Below are positions 26,534-37,121 of a DNA stretch of 64,000 nt, piece by piece; the stretch's first letter is position 1, and every line of letters starts with the position of its first letter. The position numbers and the translations under genes are program-made. This DNA is from an uncultured Solirubrobacteraceae bacterium. GTDB taxonomy: Bacteria > Actinomycetota > Thermoleophilia > Solirubrobacterales > Solirubrobacteraceae. The DNA lies in the NCBI GenBank assembly GCA_963706615.1, contig OY970163.1, forward strand, positions 1,189,492 to 1,253,491, given 5' to 3'. The notes below the pieces were generated by a model. It was not told the origin of the DNA. It worked only from the letters and a program-made list of their open reading frames with translations, and did no database searches.

Positions 26534-27412
26534 TCAGTGACAGCCCAGCTGCGCCAGGCTCTTGGTCACCTCTGACTTGAGCTCGGCAGCGATGTCGGTG
26601 ACTTCGGAGGCCGCGGGGGGCGTCACGACCGGCTGGCGTCCGTAGTCATAGAGGTCCGTGCTGATCGACTCATGTACCCGACCTTCAGACGAGCACAGCG
26701 AGAAAGCCAGCGACACGCGCGCGATGCGCCCACCGCCGATCCAGACGTCCATCGGCAGCGTCTTGGCGCCTGTGACGCGTTCGAGCATCTGCCCCACCCG
26801 CTGCGCTGCGACGCGCTGACCGGCCGGCGCCGCCAGGGCGAAGCGGGCGAGATCTATCAGCGCGTGATAGTGCGTCGATGCCACGCCGCGCACTTCCTCG
26901 CTGCCGACCCGCGTCACCGTGCCCGCTGATTGGAGGTAGCTCAGCACTTCCGTCGGGTTCGACGAGCTCGGGCCGATGGAGGCGCTCCCATACGGCTGGC
27001 TGAACGTGCTCAAGTCGGCGCGCACCCAAGGCTTGCCCTTCGTCGTGCGCGTGTTGGCACCACTGGGAACGCTCACATACAGGAAGGGCTTCTCGATCAC
27101 CTCGTTGATCGTCTTGCCGTCGAATTGCAGGCTGGCCGCGCCTTCTGAGCCGCGGTCGTTGATCGAGCCCGTACCTTCGACCGCGATGCTCTTGCCGCCG
27201 ACTTCCGTCGTCGTCTCGATCGCAAACTTGTACCCGGGAACCCGATCGGTGGCGTAGGCCGCGCGCGTCACCGCGGCTAGGTAGGAAGCGCTCGCGTCGC
27301 TCGAGCTCGAGCCGCCCCCACCACCACCGCCGCCGCAGCCACCGGCGGCGAGACCGGCCAGCCCGGCAGCCGCCGCGAGCGCGATGCGTGCAGTCAGCCG
27401 TCCGTTCGACAT
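26534..27412 (-). CDS. Lipoprotein, LppX/LprAFG (LolA-like) fold
   Basis: Lipobox AGGC, Gly/Ser linker, GKPWVRADL, GSEEVRGVASTHY, DVWI, DYGRQPVVTPP. Confidence 0.7.
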   Translation of the reverse strand: MSNGRLTARIALAAAAGLAGLAAGGCGGGGGGGGSSSSDASASYLAAVTRAAYATDRVPGYKFAIETTTEVGGKSIAVEGTGSINDRGSEGAASLQFDGKTINEVIEKPFLYVSVPSGANTRTTKGKPWVRADLSTFSQPYGSASIGPSSSNPTEVLSYLQSAGTVTRVGSEEVRGVASTHYHALIDLARFALAAPAGQRVAAQRVGQMLERVTGAKTLPMDVWIGGGRIARVSLAFSLCSSEGRVHESISTDLYDYGRQPVVTPPAASEVTDIAAELKSEVTKSLAQLGCH

Positions 27413-27442
27413 GCTGGACTCGCTACCCCACCCGAGCGAGAT

Positions 27443-28069
27443 CTATGCGCGCTCGGACGAAAGGGGCGCGGTCCGCTGGGGCGCGCCGGGCGAGCGCAGC
27501 GCGTCGATGCCGAGCTCCAGCATGCGCCGCCACGCGCCCGGCTCCAGCTGCCCCGCCGCTCGCGTGGCGGCGAACAGCAGCCGCAAGTCGAGCGTCGTGG
27601 CGTCGGCACGCAACTCCCCCTCCTCACGCGCCGCGGCGAGCAGGCGCTCCAGCGAGACGACCGTCGCCTGCAGCGCCTCGGTCACGGCCGGGTGCTCGGA
27701 CACGGTCGCCATCGCCTCCCCGAGCACGTCGTCACCGGCCTGGCGCTCGGCGAGCATCCACAGCAGCCCGGTGAGCGCCGACCACGGGCCATCGTCGCTT
27801 GCCAGCGCCGCCTCGGCGCCGAGCTCTGACTCGTGCAGGCGCTCGACGACGAGCGCCGCCAGCAGGTCGCGCTTGGAGGGGAACTGGCGATAGACGCTGC
27901 CCACCCCCGCGCCGGCCGCGGTGGCGACCGCCGGCATCGGCGCGTCGAGTCCCTCGCGCGCGAACACCTCCCCCGCCGCGCGCAGCAGCCGCGCTCGCTT
28001 CTCAGAGGCGTCGAGAGCTGACCAGCAGCTCTCGGCTCCTGCCACCCCCACCAAGACCGGAATGCTCAT
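27443..28069 (-). CDS. TetR-family regulator
   Basis: RARLLRAAGEVFAREGL...GVGSVYRQFPSKRDL. TACAGT lies 6 nt before the ATG. Confidence 0.9.
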   Translation of the reverse strand: MSIPVLVGVAGAESCWSALDASEKRARLLRAAGEVFAREGLDAPMPAVATAAGAGVGSVYRQFPSKRDLLAALVVERLHESELGAEAALASDDGPWSALTGLLWMLAERQAGDDVLGEAMATVSEHPAVTEALQATVVSLERLLAAAREEGELRADATTLDLRLLFAATRAAGQLEPGAWRRMLELGIDALRSPGAPQRTAPLSSERA

Positions 28070-28071
28070 TC

Positions 28072-28084
28072 CACTACTGTAGTG
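28072..28084. promoter_or_regulatory. Palindromic operator over the TetR -10 box
   Basis: CACTAC-T-GTAGTG between the divergent TetR and MFS genes. Confidence 0.5.
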
Positions 28085-28156
28085 CGCTACGTCGGAGCAG
28101 CGCAACCCCCGCCGTCGTCGACAGATGCCCTCGATGATCCCCGACCCCCTCTCGCG

Positions 28157-29623
28157 ATGAACTCGAGCAGCCCCAACGGCGCCGCCGCACCCGCTTCCGA
28201 GCGCACGCATCCGACGTTGATCCTCGCCGTGCTCTCACTCGCCGGCGTGGCCTACGCGATGCTCAGCTCGTCGGTCGTGCCCGCGCTGCCGACGATGCAG
28301 CACGACCTTCATGCGACCGAGAGCGGGATCACCTGGCTGCTGACCGCCTACCTGCTGTCGGCCTCGGTCGGCACGGCGATCCTCGGCCGTCTCGGCGACA
28401 TGTACGGCAAGGAGCGCCTGCTGCTGGTGACGCTCGTGATCCTCGCCTTCGGCACGCTGCTCGCCGCCGTGTCCAGCTCGCTCGGGGTGATCATCGTCGC
28501 GCGCTTCATCCAGGGCGCAGCCGGCGGCATCTTCCCGCTCGCCTTCGGAATCGTGCGCGATGAGTTTCCGCGCGAGAAGGTCGCTGGCAGCATCGGCCTG
28601 CTCTCGTCGATCCTCGGCGTGGGCGCAGGCATCGGGATCGTCTCCGCGGGCTTGATCGTCGAGCACCTCGACTACCACTGGCTGTTCTGGTTCCCCCTCG
28701 TCGCGACGATCCTCGCCGCGATCGCCACGTGGAGGTTCATCCCCGAGTCGCCCGTGCGCGTCCCCGGGCGGATCAACTGGCTCGCGGCCGCGCTGATGAC
28801 GATCGGCATCTCCGCCGTGCTGCTGGCGATCTCCGAGACGACGACGTGGGGCTGGGGGTCGCTCAAGACGCTCGGGCTGATCGCCCTCGGCCTCGCGTTC
28901 GGCGCCGGGTGGATCGCCGTCGAGATGCGCAGCCGCAACCCGCTGATCGACATGGCGATGATGCGCATCCGCGGCGTGTGGACGACGAACCTCGCGGCGT
29001 TCCTGCTCGGCGCCGGGATGTACGCGTCGTTCATCATCTTCCCGCAGTTCGCGCAGCTGCCGAGGAGCACCGGCTTCGGCTTCGGCGCGTCAGTTGTCGT
29101 CTCCGGCCTATACCTGCTCCCGTCCACGATCGGAATGACGATCCTCGGCGTGTACGCTGGGCGGATCTCCGCCCGTTTCGGTTCGCGCGCGGCGCTGCTC
29201 TCGGGCACGGCCTTCACCACCGCCTCGTTCGCCCTGCTCGCGATCGACCACAGCCAGCCGATCGAGTTCCTGATCGCGGCCGGGTTGCTCGGCGTCGGCA
29301 TCGGCCTGGCGTTCGCCGCTCTCGGCAACCTGATCATCCAGGCCGTCTCCAGCCACCAGACGGGTGTGGCGACCGGCATGAACACGGTCATGCGCACGCT
29401 CGGGGGCGCGCTCGGCGGTCAGCTTTCGGCGACGTTCATCGCCGCGCACACCGTGCGCGGCCAGCCGGCCGTCACCGGCTTCACGGAGTCGTTCGTGATG
29501 GCCACCGGCTTTCTCGTCGTGTGCTTCGTCGCGGGCCTGCTCGTGCCGAAGGCCGCGACGGCGCCGGCGCCGGCCGAGGAGGCCGTCGTCGAGAACGCCC
29601 AGCCCGAGATGGCGCGGGTCTAA
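28157..29623 (+). CDS. MFS transporter (14-TM)
   Basis: GRLGDMYGKERLL motif A, ARFIQG, ATGMNTVMRTLGGALG. Confidence 0.9.
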   Translation: MNSSSPNGAAAPASERTHPTLILAVLSLAGVAYAMLSSSVVPALPTMQHDLHATESGITWLLTAYLLSASVGTAILGRLGDMYGKERLLLVTLVILAFGTLLAAVSSSLGVIIVARFIQGAAGGIFPLAFGIVRDEFPREKVAGSIGLLSSILGVGAGIGIVSAGLIVEHLDYHWLFWFPLVATILAAIATWRFIPESPVRVPGRINWLAAALMTIGISAVLLAISETTTWGWGSLKTLGLIALGLAFGAGWIAVEMRSRNPLIDMAMMRIRGVWTTNLAAFLLGAGMYASFIIFPQFAQLPRSTGFGFGASVVVSGLYLLPSTIGMTILGVYAGRISARFGSRAALLSGTAFTTASFALLAIDHSQPIEFLIAAGLLGVGIGLAFAALGNLIIQAVSSHQTGVATGMNTVMRTLGGALGGQLSATFIAAHTVRGQPAVTGFTESFVMATGFLVVCFVAGLLVPKAATAPAPAEEAVVENAQPEMARV

Positions 29624-31182
29624 CTCGGCGCCGAGACGGGCGCGGCTGGCGCGGCGGGCACGCTCGGCGACTCGGCGACCCGCTCCTCGGCGCGGCCGCC
29701 CGGCATCGCGCGCAGCGCGACGACGAAGGCGACGGCCATCGCCGCAGCCATCCCGTAGACGACCGTCTGCGTGGAGTGAGCGAAGTCGAGCCGGATCTGA
29801 TGCGTGACAGCGCGAGAAGCGCCCCGACCGCCTCCGCCCGAGCCGCGCGCCGCGCCGGAGATTGCGTGGGCGACCGTGTCCGCCTGGGCCTTGGGCACGC
29901 CCACCTTGCCTAGCGTCTTCTCCACGCGCGACACGTTTTCGGTGATCAGGATCGAGCCGAGCACCGCGAGGCCGAGGCTGCCGCCGAAGTTGCGCACGGT
30001 CTGCGTCAGGCCGGTGACGGATCCGTAGGTCGCGCGCGCGGTGCGGTTGAGCGCATCTGTGCTGGCGGGCCCGAGGACCATGCCGAGACCCAGGCCGGCG
30101 AGCGCGAGGAAGTACCACTGTTCGCCGAAAGACAGGTTGTCCAGTTCCGAGGCCCAGAAGTAGAAGCCGATCGCGGCGATCGCGCAACCGGGGACGACGA
30201 CCGGGCGAGCGCCCTTGCTGTCGAGGACCGCGCCGCCGCGACGCGCCCCGACGGTGAAGCCGAGGAAGAACACGAGCAGGACCAGGCCAGCTTCCGAAGC
30301 GCTTTCGCCGAGCGCGATCTGCGAGTACAGGCTGGCGAAGAAGAACAGCGGCACGAAGCAGATCGACAGCAGGAACAGCACGATGTTGTCGACGGCGAAG
30401 CCACGGTCGGCGAACAGCCGCATGGGCACCAGCGGATCGTCGGTGCGCAGCTCGAAGCGCGCGAACACGAGCAGCAGCGCGACCCCGGCGATCAGGCACA
30501 GCCAGGTGGCGGGACTGCCCCAGCCCCACACGCTCGCCTGCTGCAACCCGAGCACGGCGATTCCCATGCCGCCACCGACGAGCGCAGCCCCGCGCAGGTC
30601 GATGCGCGATCGGCTGCGTTCCTCGCTCGGTTTGGAGATCACGGTCAGCACGATCGCGATGACGGCAATCGGCACGTTCACCCAGAAGATCGCACGCCAG
30701 GTCCACTCGGTCAGATAGCCGCCGGCGATCGGCCCGACCGCCGTCAGCGCACCGGAGATCGAGAAGAACACCGCCAGCGCCTTGCCCCGCTCGTTGACCT
30801 CGTAGGTCGCCACGACGATCGCCAGGGCCGCGGGAAACAGCACCGCGGCGCTCGCGCCCTGCAGCACGCGGAACACGATCATCCACGTCTCGCCGATCGA
30901 GCCCGTCGGCGTCGCGCCGCACAGCGCCGAGAACACGGCGAAGGCGATCACGCCGACCATCACCATGCGGCGCGGGCCGAACACGTCGGCTACCTTCCCG
31001 CCGAGCGCGAACAGCGCAGACAGCGACAGCAGGTAGCCGTTGACGATCCACTGCGACCCCGTCGAGGAGAGGTGCAGATCGTGCTGCAGATTCGGGATGG
31101 CCAGAGCGACGATCGTCTGGTCGATGAACAGCATCGCGACGGCGAAGATCATCGCCGCGAGCACCAGTTTGTTGCGATCCAT
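29620..31182 (-). CDS. DHA2 (EmrB/QacA-like) MFS transporter
   Basis: MLFIDQTIVALAIP, GGKVADVFGPRR, WRAIFWVNVP, TQTVRNFGGSLG. Confidence 0.9.
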   Translation of the reverse strand: MDRNKLVLAAMIFAVAMLFIDQTIVALAIPNLQHDLHLSSTGSQWIVNGYLLSLSALFALGGKVADVFGPRRMVMVGVIAFAVFSALCGATPTGSIGETWMIVFRVLQGASAAVLFPAALAIVVATYEVNERGKALAVFFSISGALTAVGPIAGGYLTEWTWRAIFWVNVPIAVIAIVLTVISKPSEERSRSRIDLRGAALVGGGMGIAVLGLQQASVWGWGSPATWLCLIAGVALLLVFARFELRTDDPLVPMRLFADRGFAVDNIVLFLLSICFVPLFFFASLYSQIALGESASEAGLVLLVFFLGFTVGARRGGAVLDSKGARPVVVPGCAIAAIGFYFWASELDNLSFGEQWYFLALAGLGLGMVLGPASTDALNRTARATYGSVTGLTQTVRNFGGSLGLAVLGSILITENVSRVEKTLGKVGVPKAQADTVAHAISGAARGSGGGGRGASRAVTHQIRLDFAHSTQTVVYGMAAAMAVAFVVALRAMPGGRAEERVAESPSVPAAPAAPVSAPS

Positions 31183-31267
31183 GGTTCGCTCCCCCTTGCG
31201 CGCGTGGTTGGGAGTGCTCTTCAGTCCCGACTCGCGAAGTCCTGCCGCCGTTGAGCTCCGAAGGGCG

Positions 31268-33265
31268 CTACAGCCCCACGCGCTCGCCCACCGTCACGGT
31301 GCGCTCGTCGGGTAGGCGGAAGTACACGACGGGGTTGGCGGCGTTGCGCGCGAGCGTGAGGAACAGCCGCTTGCGCCATGGGTTCATGCCGCGAGCGCGT
31401 GTTGGCACGATCGTGATCTGCGAGAGGAAGTAGGACGCGTCCTCCAGGCCCAGCGAGCGCTCGAGCAGATCTTGGCGAATCGCCAGTTTGAGCATCGCCG
31501 GAACGTTCGGCGCGTCCTGAAAGCCAAAGCGCACCGTGAGGCCGGTGATGCCGTCGGCGGCGTGCCCGAGCTCGTCGCACGTCAGGCGATCGGCGTGGTA
31601 GACGTGCGGCACGCGCTCGGTTTCGATCGAAACGATGATCACGCGCTCGTGCAGCACGTGGTTGTGTTCGACGTTCGCGCGCAGCGCCAGCGGCGTGGTC
31701 TGCGGGTGGGCGTTCAGGTACACGGCCGTGCCGGGCACGCGCGCCAACTCGCGCCGGCGTGCCTGCAGGGAGTCGATGAAGTCCTGCAGCGGCCCCTCCT
31801 CCCTGACGCGGTTGGCGCTCACGGTCTCGCTGCCCTTGCGCCAGGTCATCAGCACGATGAACGCCGTGGCGGCGATCGCCAGCGGCAGCCAGCCGCCGTG
31901 CACGACCTTCGTCAGGTTGGCCGCGAAGAACGTCAGCTCGACCGACAGGAAGACGACGGCGCCGAGCGCGATCCAGCGGCGCGGCGTGTGCCACAGCAGC
32001 CGCGCGACGGCGAGGAACAGGATCGTGTTGAGGATGAACGTGCCCGTGACCGCAACGCCGTACGCGGAAGCGAGCGCGGCAGAGGAGCCGAAGCCGACGA
32101 CGATCGCCAGCACGATCGCGAACAGCGCGGTGTTGACCGCCGGCGCGTAGACCTGGCCGACCTCGCGACGCGAGGTGTGACGGATCGTCAGGCGCGGCAG
32201 GAAGCCGAGTTGGACGGCCTGGTTGGTGACGCTGAAGGCGCCTGAGATCACCGCTTGGGAGGCGATCACCGTGGCGAGCGTCGCGAGCAGCACCATCGGT
32301 ATCTGCGCCCATGTGGGCATCAGCAGAAAGAACGGGTTGGCGACCGCCGTGGGCGAGCGCAGGATCAGCGAGCCCTGCGCGAGGTACTGCAGCGTCAGCG
32401 CGGGGAACACGAGCAGAAACCACGCGCGGCGGATCGGCGCGCGCCCGAAGTGGCCCATGTCGGCGTACAGCGCCTCCGCGCCGGTCACGGCGAGCACGAC
32501 GGAGCCCAGCGCGATGAACGCGACATGACCATGCGCGAACATGAATTTCGCGCCATAAGTGGGCGACAGCGCACGCAGCACGGCCGGGTGCTGGGCGATC
32601 TCCACGATCCCCGTCACGCCGAGCACGCCGAACCACAGCGCCATCACGGGGCCGAACAGGTTGCCGACGAGCTTCGTGCCGTAGCGCTGGATCGCGAAAA
32701 GTCCCGTCAGGACCGTTACGGTGATCGGCAGGACCATCGAGTGCAGGCTCGGCACCGCGACCTTGACGCCTTCGACGGCCGACAGCACCGAGATCGCCGG
32801 GGTGATCGCACCGTCGCCGTAGAACAGCGATGCGCCGAGGATGCCCAGCGTGACCAGCAGCAGCTTGGCCATCGCGCTGTTCACACGCGCGCGCTGCACG
32901 AGCGCCGTAAGCGCCATGATGCCGCCCTCGCCGTCGTTGTCGGCGCGCATGATGAACGTTACGTACTTGACCGATACGACCATCGTGATCGACCAGAAGA
33001 CGAGCGAGATGACGCCGTAGACGTCGCCCGAGGTGACGTGCACGGCGTGGTGGTCGGCCGTGAAGACCGTCTGCAGCGCGTACAGCGGGCTAGTGCCGAT
33101 GTCGCCGAAGACCACGCCGAGCGCGCCGAGCGTGAGCGCGGCCATCCCCGTCTTGGCGACGGTGTGGCGCCGCGCCGCCGACTCGGGCGGCGGCTGCTGC
33201 TCGGGCGGGCCCTCGGGCTGCTCGGGCGCCGGACCCTCGGGCTTCGCTGGGCCGGCGGTGGGCAC
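31268..33265 (-). CDS. kup: KUP/HAK potassium uptake transporter
   Basis: GVVFGDIGTSPLY, ADNDGEGG, TPAISVLSAVEG, TGAEALYADMGHFG, IASQAVISGAFS. Confidence 0.96.
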   Translation of the reverse strand: MPTAGPAKPEGPAPEQPEGPPEQQPPPESAARRHTVAKTGMAALTLGALGVVFGDIGTSPLYALQTVFTADHHAVHVTSGDVYGVISLVFWSITMVVSVKYVTFIMRADNDGEGGIMALTALVQRARVNSAMAKLLLVTLGILGASLFYGDGAITPAISVLSAVEGVKVAVPSLHSMVLPITVTVLTGLFAIQRYGTKLVGNLFGPVMALWFGVLGVTGIVEIAQHPAVLRALSPTYGAKFMFAHGHVAFIALGSVVLAVTGAEALYADMGHFGRAPIRRAWFLLVFPALTLQYLAQGSLILRSPTAVANPFFLLMPTWAQIPMVLLATLATVIASQAVISGAFSVTNQAVQLGFLPRLTIRHTSRREVGQVYAPAVNTALFAIVLAIVVGFGSSAALASAYGVAVTGTFILNTILFLAVARLLWHTPRRWIALGAVVFLSVELTFFAANLTKVVHGGWLPLAIAATAFIVLMTWRKGSETVSANRVREEGPLQDFIDSLQARRRELARVPGTAVYLNAHPQTTPLALRANVEHNHVLHERVIIVSIETERVPHVYHADRLTCDELGHAADGITGLTVRFGFQDAPNVPAMLKLAIRQDLLERSLGLEDASYFLSQITIVPTRARGMNPWRKRLFLTLARNAANPVVYFRLPDERTVTVGERVGL

Positions 33266-33313
33266 CGTCAGACGGTACTGGTCAGGAGGACGCGCAGAGC
33301 CGCGGCGCGCTCC

Positions 33314-34618
33314 TCAGGAGGGGCCCGCCTCATAGCCGAAGGCCGGCTCGACGGCGACGCCCGCGGCGTCGAACAACTCCCTCGCCTCGGCCTCGATGCC
33401 CTCGGCCATCAGCTGCAGCTCGTCGACGAGATGCGGGTCTGCGCACAGCCCGAAGCAGAGCAGGCCGGCAAGCGACGTCGCCGAGACGCGCAGCGCGTGG
33501 CGTTCGCCGATCTCGGCGATCGAGTGCAGGTGCACGACCGGCGCGCTCAGCACGCTGACCGGCTCGCGCGGGCCACGCACGTTGGACACGCTCAGCGCGA
33601 AGCGGCGCGGGTTGTTCTCGATGCGCGAGACGAAGCGCTCGAGCGCCGGCACGCTCGCCAGCTCGCGCAGCAGGCGCTCGCGGTACTGGGCGTCGCGATC
33701 GAGCTTTCGCTCCGTCGTCGCCGCGTGTGTCGCGCGCAGGCGGGCGACCGGATCGGGCTCGTTCAGCGGCAGCCCCACCGAGAAGAACGAGTCGTGATTG
33801 GCGACGTCGTCGCCCTCGTGGTGCAGGCTCACCGGCACGCGCAGGCGGATCGTTCCGAGGTCGCCGTGGCGCTCGCGAAGCCAGCGCCCGACGGCGCCCG
33901 CGACGATCGACAGCACGGCGTCGTTGACGGTCGCGCCGTAGAGCTGCTTGGCGGCTTCGTGCAGCGGCTGCAACGGGACCGCCGCGAAGGCAACCTCGCG
34001 GCGCGCGCCGATCGTCCCGTCAAACGGCGAGCCGCACTCCCCGCGCGCGTACTCGCGGTGCAGAAAGCCGGCCAGATGCGCGCGCCGGCGCGCCTCGTCG
34101 GCTGCGTACGCGGCGTGCGCCTGCGCACGGGTCATGCTCGCCTCCGCGCCGTCGTCCCACAGCAGCGCGCGCGCGTAACGAACCGACGCCGTACCGTCGG
34201 CGAGCGAGTGGTGGATGCGCCAGATCAGCGCGCTGCCGCCGTCGGCCAGCGCGACCGTGTCGATCCGCCACAGCGGGCGCGAGCGGTCCAGGCGCTGCTC
34301 GAACAGCCGCGCGATCAGCGCGAGGAGTTCGGCATGGTCCACCGGGCCGTCGACGGGCGCCGCGACGACGTGCTCGGACAGATCGAAGTCCTCGTCTGGC
34401 ACCCACGCGGGGGCGTGCTCCGTCCCACCGAGCTTGCGCGTCAGCGGCAAAGCGAGCTCGATGCGCTCGCCCACGCGTTCGCGCAGGCGCGCCGCGGCGA
34501 ACGCATCGCCCTGGCCGGGCGCAAGACGTACGACCTTGCACGTGTGCCCGGCGATCGTGCGGCACTCGAGATCGAGGATCGCACGATCCTCGGGCCCCAG
34601 CGGAATCGACTCCTCCAT
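33314..34618 (-). CDS. Wax ester synthase/DGAT-like O-acyltransferase
   Basis: LDRSRPLW, HHSLADG (HHxxxDG), ATVNDAVL, VPVSL, SNVRGP. Confidence 0.82.
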   Translation of the reverse strand: MEESIPLGPEDRAILDLECRTIAGHTCKVVRLAPGQGDAFAAARLRERVGERIELALPLTRKLGGTEHAPAWVPDEDFDLSEHVVAAPVDGPVDHAELLALIARLFEQRLDRSRPLWRIDTVALADGGSALIWRIHHSLADGTASVRYARALLWDDGAEASMTRAQAHAAYAADEARRRAHLAGFLHREYARGECGSPFDGTIGARREVAFAAVPLQPLHEAAKQLYGATVNDAVLSIVAGAVGRWLRERHGDLGTIRLRVPVSLHHEGDDVANHDSFFSVGLPLNEPDPVARLRATHAATTERKLDRDAQYRERLLRELASVPALERFVSRIENNPRRFALSVSNVRGPREPVSVLSAPVVHLHSIAEIGERHALRVSATSLAGLLCFGLCADPHLVDELQLMAEGIEAEARELFDAAGVAVEPAFGYEAGPS

Positions 34619-34678
34619 TGCAGGGATAGTCTCGCCTATGCTGCGGCCGCGACAGGCTCGAGTAGACAGGTGGAGGAA

Positions 34679-35977
34679 ATGACAAGCCAGCCGATCAACG
34701 GTGCGCTCGCCTCGCGCGAGCGCACCGCCGACGCCGTGCTCGAGTGGATCGAACCTGACATGGACGTGATCGTCGGCCTGGCCAACGGCGAACCCGTTCA
34801 CACGATCGACGCGATCGAGGCGGCGGCCGACGGCCTGCGCGACTTGCGCCTGCACCAGATGATGCCGCTGCGCGCGCGGCGCTACATCGACGGCGAGCTG
34901 CCCGGTCTGCGCCACATCGCCTGGTTTCTCTCGCCGCACAGCCGAGCCGCGTTCCATCGCGGCGACTGCGACCTCGTGCCCAACTCGTTCAGCGACGTGC
35001 CGCGCCTGATGCGCCAGACGCTTTCGCCGCGGCTGGTGCTGACCGCCGTCTCGCCGCCCGACCGCCACGGGTACTTCTCGCTCGGCCCGCATGCCGAGTA
35101 CACGGCGTCGTTCATCGGCGAGGTCCCCTTCTTCGTCGAGGTCAACCCCAGCGTGCCGCGTACGTTCGGCGGCAACCAGCTGCACGTCTCGGACATCGTC
35201 GGCTACTGCCAAGCCGACACGCCGCTCGTCGAGGTCGCGCCACCGATCGGCAGCGAGCGCGACCACAGGATCGCCTCGCTCGTCGCCGAGCGGATCCCCG
35301 ACGGCGCCACGCTGCAGGCGGGGATCGGCGCGGCCCCGGATCTCGTGCTGGGGATGCTCACCGAGCACCGCGAGCTCGGCGTGCACACCGAGCTGCTCGG
35401 CGACGGCTTCGTCGACCTCGTCGAGTGCGGCGCGCTGACCGGCACGCGCAAGGCGACCCACCGCAACACGATCGTCACGACCTCGGCGCTCGGCTCAAAG
35501 CGCCTGTACGACTTCGTCGACGAGAACCCCGGCGTGGAGTTCCATCCGGTCGACTACACCAACGACCCCGCCGTGATCGCGCGCGAGCCGAACATGACCG
35601 CAATCAACGCCACGCTCGAGGTCGACTTCCTCGGCCAGTGTGCGTCGGAGTCGCTCGGCAGCGACTACCTGTCCTCCTCCGGCGGCCAGCCCGACTACGC
35701 GCGCGGCGCCGTGATGGCCGAGCACGGCCAGGCGTTCATCGTGCTGCACTCCAGCACCGCCGACGACACCGTCTCGCGGATCGTTCCCCAGCTGCACCCG
35801 GGGGCCGCCGTGACGACGTTCAAGAACATCGTCGACAAGGTGGTCACCGAGTACGGCGTCGCCGAGCTGCGCGGCAGCTCGATCGCCGAGCGCACGCGGC
35901 GGTTGATCGCGATCGCGCACCCGAGCCACCGCGACGAGCTGACAGCTCGTGCGCGCGAGCTCTGCTACCTCGTGTGA
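34679..35977 (+). CDS. Acetyl-CoA hydrolase/4-hydroxybutyrate CoA-transferase family protein
   Basis: SPPDRHGYFSLG, DGATLQAGIG, GVHTE, GGQPDYARGA, VTEYGVAELRG...IAHP. GGAGG SD upstream. Confidence 0.92.
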   Translation: MTSQPINGALASRERTADAVLEWIEPDMDVIVGLANGEPVHTIDAIEAAADGLRDLRLHQMMPLRARRYIDGELPGLRHIAWFLSPHSRAAFHRGDCDLVPNSFSDVPRLMRQTLSPRLVLTAVSPPDRHGYFSLGPHAEYTASFIGEVPFFVEVNPSVPRTFGGNQLHVSDIVGYCQADTPLVEVAPPIGSERDHRIASLVAERIPDGATLQAGIGAAPDLVLGMLTEHRELGVHTELLGDGFVDLVECGALTGTRKATHRNTIVTTSALGSKRLYDFVDENPGVEFHPVDYTNDPAVIAREPNMTAINATLEVDFLGQCASESLGSDYLSSSGGQPDYARGAVMAEHGQAFIVLHSSTADDTVSRIVPQLHPGAAVTTFKNIVDKVVTEYGVAELRGSSIAERTRRLIAIAHPSHRDELTARARELCYLV

Positions 35978-35985
35978 GGCTCGCG

Positions 35986-36957
35986 CTAGAGCCAGTCGCG
36001 GCGGCGAAAGGCCACGTACAGCCCGCCCGACACGAACACGATCAGCGCCGAGGAGAACCAGAATCCCCAATGCGTGGAGAAGCCCGGGTAGGGAACGTTC
36101 TGGCCGTAGAAGCCCGTGATCGCCGTCGGCACGGCGATGATCGCCGCCCAGCTCGTCACCTTCTTCATGACCAGGTTCATGCGATTTCCCTGGATCGTGA
36201 TGTTCGTCTCGAGGATCGTCGTGACGAGGTCGCGCAGCGACTCCGTCCAGTCCGTCGCGCGCATCACGTGGTCATAGACGTCCTGGTAGTAGGGCGCCAT
36301 TTCCTGATCGAGCACATGCAGGTCGCGGCGCATCAGCGAGTTGACGACCTCGCGCATCGGCAGCACGAGACGACGCAGCAGCACGAGGCTCTTGCGGAAC
36401 TCATAGGAACGACGCTGGACCTCGCTTTCGCGTGGCGCGTCGTCGAACAGCAGGTCCTCGAGCTGCTCGATCTCCGAGTCAAGCGACTGCACCGTCTCGA
36501 AGTGACCGTCGACGATGAAGTCGAGCAGCCCCCACAGCAGGAACGAAACGCCGTGCTTGGCGAGCTCCTTCGTTTCGTCCCAGCGCGCGACGACCGCCTC
36601 GATGTCCACGCCCTCGTTCTTGCGCACCGTGACGAGCGCATGGGGAGTTATGAACACGCCGATCTCGCTCGTCTGCAGCTCCCCGCTCGCCGTGTCCAGC
36701 GAGAGCGCGTAGACGCTCATGAAGAGGTGTGAGTCATAGCGATCCAGCTTCGGACGCTGATGCTCGTTGACGGCGTCCTCGACGGCCAGCGGGTGCAGCT
36801 GCAGCTCTTCGGCGATCGTCGCCAGCTCCTCCCCGGTCGGCTCGCAGTAGTCAAGCCACACGCACGCGTCGGGTTCGGCGATGTGATCGGAGATCTCGCC
36901 GACAGGGAAGTCCTCGCGCACGAGCTCGCCGTTGCGGTAGAGCCTCGTGCGCGCCAT
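35986..36957 (-). CDS. corA: CorA-family divalent-cation transporter
   Basis: LHPLAVEDA...QRPKLDRY, DVYDH, MKKVTSWAAIIAVPTAITGFYGQN and two TM helices. Confidence 0.9.
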   Translation of the reverse strand: MARTRLYRNGELVREDFPVGEISDHIAEPDACVWLDYCEPTGEELATIAEELQLHPLAVEDAVNEHQRPKLDRYDSHLFMSVYALSLDTASGELQTSEIGVFITPHALVTVRKNEGVDIEAVVARWDETKELAKHGVSFLLWGLLDFIVDGHFETVQSLDSEIEQLEDLLFDDAPRESEVQRRSYEFRKSLVLLRRLVLPMREVVNSLMRRDLHVLDQEMAPYYQDVYDHVMRATDWTESLRDLVTTILETNITIQGNRMNLVMKKVTSWAAIIAVPTAITGFYGQNVPYPGFSTHWGFWFSSALIVFVSGGLYVAFRRRDWL

Positions 36958-37037
36958 CGCCCCGCACGATACGGCCGCCGCCGGATCGTCCCGCGGCCTT
37001 CGCGCCGAGGCGCCGGCTCGCCGTGCGCACGCCATCA

Positions 37038-37088
37038 CGATTACCTCACGGGTAATCGCCATCAAAGTGGTTACCAGCGAGGTAATCG
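37038..37088. promoter_or_regulatory. Tandem palindromic operators upstream of the MFS gene
   Basis: CGATTACC-TCACG-GGTAATCG (37038-37058) and TGGTTACC-AGCGA-GGTAATCG (37068-37088). Confidence 0.7.
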
Positions 37089-37121
37089 ACAGGGCACCGG
37101 CGGTGCGGCAGGCTCGCCCCC

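Noticed and set aside
32255-35977. Apparent 1240-aa protein
   Set aside because: The N-terminal 808 codons are antisense to kup and WS/DGAT; the real gene starts at ATG 34679 after GGAGG.
36100-36115. CorA with GQN instead of GMN
   Set aside because: A GxN variant seen in many actinobacterial CorA-like proteins; not novel by itself.
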